Source: Anthoceros angustus
Lineage: Eukaryota > Plantae > Anthocerotophyta
Direction of reading: 5' to 3'
Assembly (NCBI GenBank): GCA_010909165.1
Contig: VJWM01000103.1
Location: 1,017,407-1,081,406, forward strand
Length of the DNA: 64,000 nucleotides
The notes under the pieces were generated by a model. That model saw only the letters and a list, made by a program, of their open reading frames with translations, was not told the DNA's origin and ran no database searches. Position 1 is the first letter of the stretch. Every line of letters begins with the position of its first letter. Below, in pieces: positions 54,173 through 64,000 of this stretch. The translations under genes were made by a program, and so were the position numbers.

Positions 54173-54691
54173 CTACTGGATAACAATAGCCACTATATTA
54201 GGTAAGGACACAAATGCTTGACCTATATCAAGGTGCAATCTATCAAATGGACAAGTCATTGAAGTCGAGAACCATTCATCAATACATCTGCGATGGAAAG
54301 AATGACAACATTGTGGAAGTTTTCGAACTTCTTGTCCTCCCTCCAACATATTAAGACATATAGAACATTCCTCATCAATATCCACGGCCTTCTTATACAA
54401 CGTGAATGGAACAGTTTCCTCCAATTTGCCCATGTCTAATTGCTGTTGTACAGGTTGAGTTTCTTGGAGTTGCTCATGAAGTGTTTCGCTATGTGGATTA
54501 ATTGTCTCACGCTGAATAATAGTACCATTTGATGTTGATATCAATTGAGAGTTCCGTCTTGAGCATGTTATAATTAATAATAAAACAAATATGGCTATGA
54601 TAATACAAACAAATACTTGTATCCTAGGCAATCCAAATAATGTAGGGCCCTCGTAACTATTTGTGGTATAAAAGACACCCCCCAAAGACAT
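54173..54691 (-). CDS. ATL-like transmembrane RING-H2 E3 ligase, copy 3 (more diverged)
   Basis: GPTLFGLP, TM segment, then CSICL...VRKLPQCCHSFHRRCIDEWFSTSMTCPFDR. Confidence 0.85.
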   Translation of the reverse strand: MSLGGVFYTTNSYEGPTLFGLPRIQVFVCIIIAIFVLLLIITCSRRNSQLISTSNGTIIQRETINPHSETLHEQLQETQPVQQQLDMGKLEETVPFTLYKKAVDIDEECSICLNMLEGGQEVRKLPQCCHSFHRRCIDEWFSTSMTCPFDRLHLDIGQAFVSLPNIVAIVIQ

Positions 54692-56389
54692 TGTAATATG
54701 TGTAGAAAATAAAATTAATATATCTTTAGTTCTACTAAAATTGAAAAGAGTAATCACTCGGATAACGAAAGAAGTCTACTAGATAACCAAAGAAGTTGAT
54801 AATGTGTTTGCTTTAGAATATCTATATTATGGATATGATAGACTTCATGCATATATAGACCGTTGGAATTTTTTGTAGAAAAGACGAGCCTCATTAACTA
54901 CCAAATGCCCTTAACTAAGTGGAGCCTCATAAAACTAAGCATATATAGACCCTTGGAAATAATCATACTTCGATGAAAAAGTAGTTAAAATACAAATGAA
55001 TATTATATTTGTGATAAAAATTAATAAAATAATTGTATTAATGTGGACAAACTATGTGACCAAGGTAAGTATAAGTTAAAACCATAACATAAAAGATAAA
55101 ACACCATGGACCAAGGAATTCATTGTAATATATAAATTTATTATTAATTGAGTTATGAAGTTAGATTATAAAGTTGCCACAGTTTGGTAGTCAGTTCAGG
55201 TGGATTTTCAAACTGTACTATTCAAATTGAAAATGAACTATCCACTTGGCACTAGGTTTGATGAACTTTTTTCACATGGATTTTCACATCATGGAGCAAT
55301 AAAAAAACAATAGATTTGTCTAATAGGCATAGTTAATAAGTAACGAGCTAGGTGCAGCAAGCTCACAACACCGAGCTTGATACAGTATCAGGCCAAAAGC
55401 TGACAAGCTGACTCTATACACTCTCGAGTTGGTTCATATCGCTAAATTGATTGTGGAAATCAAGAGAAAGACAACAACCCTTGAACAAACTGGTGCAGAG
55501 TGTCATGTCGTGTGACATTAATCTCAACTCTTGGGTTTAGTGTTTGATTCATGTTAATTAATCCAATTACTTATCTTTAAGTAAGTAATTAATATTAATT
55601 AATATAAAGTACTTAGTTTACTTACAAATAATATGCTTTAGCATATTCCTTGCATATTATTGTGTATTCTTAGGATATTTCTGGCATATGCTGATGCCAA
55701 AAGGATATCTTAGGAATATGTCAATGCCCAGGCTAGTATATATAGACCCTTTCACAAAGGACAAGCTCAGATCATAGCTTATCCTCTAAATATGCAATAC
55801 AAGAGTGTTGTAAGGAGGCCAAAGCGAAGACTCCGAAAGCGGTTACTAGCTATAATCTCTTGTGTACGGTAGAAGGCGCGCTAGGATTAATAAGCTTGCT
55901 AGGCAACTTACGCGAAGCTAGGCCACACAAGGTTTAGTGTGCTAGGCTTGCCAACCAACCAAGGGAGAAAGAAGAGTCACGGGATTTTCAAAAGATGGTA
56001 AGTACCCAAGTTGGTGCAGCATCTCCAGGTAGCATAAACCGCCGCGCCTTTCTGAGACCTTTCCTGACACTTGAGGCGCTCGGTGCGATGTGTGAACCAT
56101 GTGCCCGATCTTGTGAGTGCGAGAGGGAGGAGGCGGGAAGGGCCCGTCCGGGCGGATAGGGAATTGAATGGCTCAGGCGCCTCCTCTCCGGTGCACTTAG
56201 GGAGCAAAACACGCTGGGCCGGTGGAGGAAAAGCAAATTCGAGTTGCATCTTTGCGTGTGGAAGATGGAGCATCTTTGTGCGTGGCGGATGTTAGGCAAG
56301 AGGCGGGGCGGTCCCGCATGGAGGAGGATTGTCACGGTGATAATCATACGGCGGAGGGTGGGTGTGAGGCTTCTCGGGATCGAAGAACC

Positions 56390-59300
56390 CTCAATGAGTG
56401 AGGAGGAACTAGTCTCTGAGGGCAAAAGCAGTCCTCTTTCATCCACAGGCGGTCAAGGCGATTCCGTGCACGGCAAAGGCGGGATCTCACCAGTCGTGAT
56501 GGGGGGCTGTGAACAATGTGGGCGTATTGCTCGAGAACTTGGCTCGTTTTCGGATGTAGAACTGCCCACTTCAATTCATAGCAAGGCTAAGGTGTTAGAT
56601 GCTTTTCCGGCTTGTGGCCTCAAGGAATTCTTCTGCCGTTCGTAGGGGTGAAGGCTCGAGCCACATCCCTCGCTTTCCATCAGGCGGCCATGAAAAGGCT
56701 GAGTGTACAAGCGTCGATCACTTGAAGGCAAGACAAACCTTTATGAATATTGTGCTAACTGACGTGAGGCAAGCAAATGGGCGGTACCTTGGGCCGAGTC
56801 CTTTCGGGCGAGTTGTGGCACGCCATCTTCAAACCAGCGATTTGCAAAGTGCACGGAGGAGGCTGGTGTGGTGGGGACGGCTCGTTCGATTGTTTGCCCA
56901 AGGGGTTAAGGCTTTTGCAATTTTGGGAGTCGGCGTCAAGGCCTTCCTCCAACTCCAAGGATGCGAGGCGGCGTGGTGGCTCCTCTTGTCTTACGCACAT
57001 CATCCATTTCCTAGATACCTCTCGGTGATTCGATTCACGCAATTTCTCTTTGCTTCCTTGGCGGTGCGCACACCCGCCAGTGGTGGCGTCTCCTTGCCAG
57101 TCACTAGTCTATCTTGCAATTGAACGCCACTAACCCTTTAACTTGTTTCGGCAAGCCGTCGGGATCATCACTATATGTGACAGCGTGGCGTGCCACTACC
57201 TGTCACTCTGTGAGTTTCCTCTGTGTGGCTCGCGCTTGACACTTCTTTGTCTCTTTGCTTGCGCCATGCTTGCCCTGGCTCTTGTTTAGTTGCTCTTGCT
57301 CTGGTCATTTGCGGGCTCACGATCATTTGCTCGGCTCCATGGTCATTTGCCACAGCTGCTCATTTCTCTGGCTCCAGTCATTACGGCTCTCATTTGCTCA
57401 TTTGGCTCCTTCTCATTTGCTCACGGCTCTGGTCGGGTTCCACAGCTCCTGCTCATTTTGCACAGCTCCACATCATTTGGCACGGCTCCGCTCCTTGCCA
57501 GCTCGATCATTTGCTCTGCGTGCAATGTTCATTTCTGTAGCTCAGTTCACTCGAGGATATACAAGGCTCACCTTTGTGAGTGGGGCACTTCATGTGGCTC
57601 TGTGTCCTTTTTGCAGACTCCACTCTATCTACTTTGTTTGGTCACATCTTGGTGTCCAGCTTTTAGAGGAGATGTTACGAGCATGCATTGTCGTGAGTGA
57701 TGTGCGACGGAGTTTTTGCGCTTTCAAAGGAGAATCCGGATATCAAGATTGTGAGCATTTTGAGAAGCCCTTCTTCATCAAATCCTGCAGAGAGAAATGT
57801 ACATTGTTGCGGTACCATGTCGAGATGGCATTTTGAAAGGCGCCGAATACTCGATGCCACATCAAGGTGCACCTCGTGTGCACCTCGTGTGCAGTAGGGG
57901 TGTGTGGAGAGGAACCGAGGAGGGGACAAGTGCCAGCGCGGAGATGTTTTCATCCGTCAGAGATGGTGCACTCTGTTTTATGCCCTAGAGCACGGATGAG
58001 GCCGAAAATGTTTGCTTGGTAAATCACGCTGTGGAGTTTCAAGCCCTCTGTCCTAAGGAGGTTTCACAAGCATTTTCCGGAGATGAAGTGAAGTGGCGGT
58101 GCTTGAATATCGGAAGGTGGGAGTGAATGAGGCGGAACCTCCAAGTCGAGAATAAAGCTAGTTCTGAAACCCATCCGTCGGCGATGATTGAATTTCTTAA
58201 GGATAAATTGCTTTTCATTTCACATGACTACGTCCAAAGATGGCAAGCCACAGGTTTGGAAGTGCATTGATTGGTTTCGAGGATGTGATAGTTTACATTA
58301 TGGACTTTTCGCGAACTATGCTTTTCAAGTTGAATGAGATACAATCAATGCCTGGCATAGTGATCAAGTTACTATTCTAGTTCATGTTACATATATGCGG
58401 ATGGGGCCGGTGGTGGAGGAGGACCCTAGTAATGTTGAAGTTTTACCACTTTTACATTAGTGATGACATGCGACATGACACTCTCTTTGTCCGGCATGCC
58501 CTTATGCTACATTGGGATAGCTCTTGTTTAGTTGCTCTTGCTCACAGTCATTTGCCCAAGCTCCACGATCATTTTACTCGGCTCTGGTCATTTGCCACAG
58601 CTGTTGCTCATTATTTACTCGGTCGGCAGCAACTCTTGCTCATTTGCTGGCTCCTTCTCATTAGCTCTGGCTCCTGAGTCGGGTTCACAGCTCTGCTCAT
58701 TGCCGCGGCTCCTGATCATTTGGCACAGCTCAGCTCCTTTGCCTTGCCATGATCATTTGCTCTGCGTGCAATGTTCATTTCAGTTCCTCGAGGATATACA
58801 AGGCTCACACCTTTGTGGTGGGGCACTTCATGTGGCTCTGTGTCCTTTTCTTTGAGGCCACTCTATCTACACATCTTGGTGTCCTAGCTTTTAGAGGGGA
58901 TATTACGAGCATGCATTGTCGTGAGTGATGTGCGGAGTTTTTGCGCTTTCAAAGGAGAATCAGGATATCAAGATTGTATGAGCATTTTGAGGCTGAAGCC
59001 CTTCTTCATCAAATCCTACAAGAGAGAATATACATTGTTGCGGTACCATGTCGAGATGGCATTTTGAAAGCCTACTGAGATGCACTTTCTGCGATTGCCA
59101 CATCAAAGTGCACCTCATGTGCGTGCACTGTGGGGTGTGCTAGAATGGCATTTTGAAAGATCGCTTTGTGTGGAGAGGAACCGAGGGGACAAGTGCCGCA
59201 TCGCGCCGGAGATGTTTTCATCCGTCAGAGATGGTGCACTACTTGTTTGTGCCCTAGAGCACGGATGAGGGCATGGCGAAAATGTTTGCTTGGTAAATGA

Positions 59301-60765
59301 GCTTTGTGGAGTTTCAAGGCGGCCCTCTAAGGAGGTTTCAAAATTTTTCCGGAGATGAAGTGGCGGTGCTTGAATATCGGAAGGTGGGAGTGAATGAGGC
59401 CGGAACCTCAAGTCGAGCTAGTTCTGGAAACCCATCCAAATCGATGATTGAATTTCTTAAGGATAAATTGGCTTTCATTTCTACACCAAAGATGGCAAGC
59501 CACAGGTTTGGAGTGCATTGATTGGTTTCGAGGATGTGATAGTTTACATGGACTTTTAGCGAACTATGCTTTTCAAGTTTCAATGAGATCAATCAATGCG
59601 GCATGGTGATTAAGTTACTATTCTAGTTCATATTACACATGCGGATGGGGCGGTGGTGGAGGAGGACCCTGTAATGTTGAAGTTTTACCACTTTTACATT
59701 AGTGATGACATGCGACATGACACTCTCTTTGTCATGCCCTTATGCTACATTGGGATGCTCAAATGGATACAAGAGTCCACGAGCATTGGATGTGGTCGGA
59801 TGGTGCACAATTTAAGGCTTGCAGACCAAGCTATTTTGTGGCGGTACCCAAGTCTAAGGAGGATGCGAGAATCTTTGTGGAGCTATTTTGGGTCGAGCCA
59901 CGGAAGGGAGCACGCAGGCGGGTGCCATATTAAAGAGGGCACTACGTGCGAAGCATCACCTTCATCGACAATGCAGAGGATGTTGTCGACTTCTGCGGTC
60001 CAGTATATCCAATGTGCATCCTCCTATGCAAGTGGAGAAAGGCGGTGCAAAGGTTTTTGGTTGGTGGGAAAGAATGAAGTCAACCCGGCGGTGGGGTGTG
60101 CACCAATCCGGGTTCTAAAGGCATGCACATATGGTGACTCGATGGATGCAACCAACCTCGGCTCAAGATCACGGCATCTTGCGTGTTTTATCTTGTGTGC
60201 ATGGGCGGTGACCATGGAGCATGTGAGGCGGCCCTATACGGGCATATGGCATTGATTACTCGAGGCGGACGTAGGAGGCGTTGGTGGTCGGACCGTGACC
60301 TTGCACCATTATGCTACATGCGGTTGGTCGGATGGGCCTGATCCTGCTGCTAATGGTGTTGCTAGTGAAGATGTCTGAAATTGCAGACCTCTTGGAGCTT
60401 GGAGACAACTTTGTAGTGCGTGCAGATCCCAGGGACGAAGGTTCAACTTTTTATTTGGCAAAGTGCACTGTTGCAGTGCATGTGACCACGGAGCACATTA
60501 CCTGTCCCTAGAGCGGACAAAATTTCCTCCCAGGGGATAAGGTGGTTGTGGGCCAGTACTACTCGGGGTTGAGCCGGATGGTTGTGTGTACACTTTGGAT
60601 CATGAGGCTGCGGAGGTCACCCTTCTTTCATCCTACGTGGAGACCTGCAAGTTCCCACTTTTGGAACGCGTGGAAGGAGGCCGATTAGTGTATGTGCTTG
60701 ACTCGGACACGGTCGAGTCCTTTAAGGAGCTTGTGAGGAGGGAGAACCCATTTGTGTTTTCGTGA
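56390..60765 (+). mobile_element. Decayed DDE transposase, Sola-like (probably Sola2), with a ~1.25-kb internal tandem duplication (~57270-58520 / 58520-59750)
   Basis: Frameshifted motifs FWESASRPSSNSKD, KPFFIK...RYH, MDF.ENY....EIQS..W...QVTILVH, YISDD.RHD, WSDG..QFK, YFGSSHG and LGDNFVVR. The subfamily call is from recall of these motifs. Confidence 0.7.
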
Positions 60766-62159
60766 TCGACTCTAAGGCCTCAATTGTACATATGCCAAAC
60801 ACAGAAATTGAAATGACCTTGACGAACTTGTAAATACCATGGTCAGTTGCTCAAGATGTGGCCATATTCACCTGTGTGATGACTCCACTCCGCTTGGGAT
60901 CTGGAGCACTTTGTGACTTGCGACCTTGCGGGTGACAATGCCCAACTTAAGCGCCTTTTAAAACCCCATCTCGTGGAAGACCTTGGAAGAGCCAAGATTG
61001 ATGCAAGTGAGCCATGGCCACGTCAGTCGCGTGTATTTGTCTTTGGCGGTATGTCGGCTGCGATGGCGGCGGGCATGGCGCGCTGGTGTGCGATGGCGGG
61101 GGTGTCGGTGCGATGGCGGCGTGTGTGCATGGCGGTAGCGTCGGTGCGATGGCGGATGCGAGATGGTAGGCGGAGACCATTCATGGCTCGGGCGACCCTC
61201 TTGGGCAAGTGTCAGGAAGACTTGCGTAGTCATTTGGTGGTGATGCGGCAACCCGGATCCGGTATGGGCGGAAAAGGTCGACGGCCGGGCGTCGGTGATC
61301 ACGTCGTCGGTGGCCCACAGACGATGAGGTGAGGATACAATGTCGGTGAAGTCAAGCTAGTCTCTAAGAAGGGACCAAGAAAAGGGCCATCTAGTGTTTG
61401 GGAGAAGTTCGTTATTCACGGCCCATGTTTGTTCTTGCGTGTTTAGGCGTGGTGTGTGTTGGAAGGAAGGCTCTCCTGTACATGCGGAGGCGCTATTGTT
61501 TCTCAATTGAAGCACTTCAAAATTGTCCGACATTCTATCAAGTATGTCAAGCGGTGTCTTTTCTAGTCTCTCCATTGTCCGGTTGTCTAGCCACCCTACG
61601 ATTCAGCGTTTGACATGTGCCTCTAGGGCTTCCTCTAGCGTGGCCACCAGAGCTTACCCAATACTTGGGCTTGTCCTTCTTGTTGTGGGGATCCACTGTC
61701 TGCTCCGGCATCTCGACTTTGGCTGCGGCCGATGCACGCATGCGAGACGGTTGCCCAAGCTTCCCTTGTTCGGGGGTATGGCCGGGCCCTACTTCCACAT
61801 AATAATTACCTTCAACAACCTCGGCGCCTTGGGCGACCCTTCCAAAACTTGTCTTCATGCGTGCTCGAGCCTGCGAACACCCTCGACACGAGGAGGTAGA
61901 ATTTAACGTTCTCTGCATTGCAGCTCCGTACCATATAGTTGTCTCCAGGCTCCAACTCTCGCACTCCCGGGGACAAGTGACTAGTCTTGGTCTTGATGAA
62001 TGCTTGGTTTGGTCGTCTTTGGAGCCTTCCGCTTCCTGCCTCTACTCCCGGGCGGGTCCCCATCCCTCGGACCTCACTATTACCATCTTGCACCAAACAC
62101 ATGCCCACCCCACTCACATTTCCAGCCTCAGGGCAGTTCGGACACCTCCACCCACTGCT

Positions 62160-62510
62160 CCACGACATGTGTCCTTGTCCACTTGTCCATCATCCTTCGC
62201 CTCATGAGATGTGTCCTCATTCTCCACCTCGGTGTGTCCCTATCCACCTCAAGTGGGGCCTTCTCAACCTCAAGTGTGTCATTCTCCACCTCATGTGTGG
62301 CATTTATGCAGTCGGTGTGGCCTTCTCTACGATGCCCCTCCATGTCCACCTCAAGCGTGTCCTTGTCCACCTCTAGTGTGGCCTTCTCAACTAGCTATGT
62401 CATTCTCCACCTCATGTGTGGCACTTTTACGCCCGTGGCCTTCACCTCAGTGGCTCCATCCACCTCAAGTGTGTCCTTGTCCACCTCAAATATGGCATTC
62501 TCCACTATAA
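62160..62510. repeat. 21-nt tandem repeat (ccacctcaagtgtgtccttgt-like), ~13-15 copies
   Basis: ccacctc recurs at ~21-nt spacing. Confidence 0.85.
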
Positions 62511-64000
62511 GTGTGGCCCCCACTCCGTGTGGCCTTCTTCACTCGGTACATGTGGGCTATGCACTTCCGGGAGTTAAGAAATAGTAGGGTTCTGTTTTTA
62601 GGATTGAAGGATAAATAAAGGCGGAAAAGGAGGAATAAATTGGGGTGGCGCTTGGACGAGGCTCGGAGTATACTCGGACTCAGTGAACAACGGACCCGGT
62701 ACCACTATGGCAGCTCGGACTACGCCGGAATGAGGATAAGTCGGAACCCACTCCAGTCAAAGCAGGATAAAATCGAAAGTAACCTAGGAGGCGGGCGTGA
62801 GGGCAGGCGGCGCCACGTGGGCGGCCGAGTGGAGGTCGGGCATGCGATAGGCAGGCCGTAACCTTGCAGGCCGTTATAGGTATTCACGCCCGCGGGCTGC
62901 GCGGCGGCGTAAGGCGAGTAAGCGGGCGTAGGGTCGAGTAAGCCATATGCGACCCACAGCGATTCTGGACAGCGCCTTCGCCCGATTACTTCCTGGCGGC
63001 CAAGGAGGAGGTCATTTTATTTGCGACCTCAGACAATCCTCACGGTCCCTTGCGCTCCGCAATCCGGCTCTCTGGCGCTATCTTTTGGGCGCCCGGTCGA
63101 CTTAGGCGCGCCGTCAAGGTTGGAGCGTGACGCGAAGGAGGAACATCGTGCCCGGTCGGGAGATAGGAGATCTCGTGCAGTGCAGGAGGTAGAGGAGGCG
63201 GCGGCGAGATGGAGGCAGCAAGGACACGCTGGAGCTACAACTCCAAGATGCGTCGGGCGGTGATTCTCAGCGAGAGAATCCACGACTTGAGCACGAAATA
63301 GAGTGCCTCGGCTCCGTCGAAGGCGGAGGAAAATCGGCGACTATCGAGGAGTTGGGCGTTGCCGAGCTACGAAGGAGGAGGAAGTCGGTCGGACGGACGG
63401 AGTGTCGACCGCTGGAGGGGCGGGCTAAAGGCCAGGCGGAGGAGCGCGAGCCTGGAAGCGAAAGAAGCTGGGTCCGGTGAGAAAGGCGGAAGAGCAGCTG
63501 CGCTATGGCGGTGGTGGCAATGGAGAAAGCAGCGGAGGCTGGGCGGGTGGAACAGCAATGGCGGGAGGTGACCGAGGCCGCCCTTGTAGCCTCGCGTGTC
63601 TGACCGGCTCCGGTATCCGTCTGGCGGAGAGGTGGCCCAACAAGCGGGCCCGGAACACTTATGGCGGAGGGAGTATCGGGTGCTCGGGCACACGTGGAAG
63701 AGGCAATTCAACAAGTCGATTCGGACTTTGCCTATTACCACCGAGCTCTGATGAAGCCTCTCGGGCGCAAGCAGACGGACCCTGGAAGGCTCGGAAGGAG
63801 ATGAAGGCCACAGGGGCGGCCACAGGGGACCCTAGTGGCCTTTGGAGATAGCGGGGCGGCGGAGAGGAGCGGGCGGAGGCGGAGCGAGGCGGCGGATCTG
63901 CGGCGAGGTAAGCACCCGCACCTCACCATGGAAGGAGGGGCCAGAAGGAGTCACTTGAGGCGATCGGGAGCAGCGGAGGACTTGAGGAGAGCCACGGAGG

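Noticed and set aside
62600-64000. GC-rich terminal ORFs
   Set aside because: Low-complexity and with no domain recognised; probably part of a repeat element extending beyond the window.

Overview
Gene-dense nuclear DNA from a seed-free land plant. Short GT-AG introns, a very long PLS-class PPR gene with a 'GQSWW' (DYW:WW-type) C-terminus and plant-type snRNA promoters point to a hornwort, or possibly a lycophyte or fern; this assignment is inference. In order, the window holds: a frameshifted ~36-motif PLS-PPR editing factor with a decayed deaminase domain; two TauE/SafE transporter paralogs; a glycerol-3-phosphate MFS permease; a TrhO/YceA-type rhodanese; an unannotated 3-exon gene whose spliced C-terminus resembles the Sin1 CRIM domain; a minisatellite that merges into the 3' end of a LISCL-type GRAS gene; and a ~13-exon TPR + metallo-beta-lactamase-fold fusion gene. 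From 33.8 to 55 kb is a heavily duplicated block: two intact OPR/OYE genes plus two relics, a duplicated dual-guide C/D snoRNA, two U5 snRNA genes, three RING-H2 genes with a Cys-to-Asp last ligand, an intronless fungal-looking sulfotransferase-like gene with two relics, a secreted dirigent/AOC-fold gene and a Copia relic. The last 8 kb is a decayed Sola-like DNA transposon and repeats. Several frameshifts sit in homopolymer runs and may be long-read errors. All family calls come from motif recognition by eye; no searches were run.
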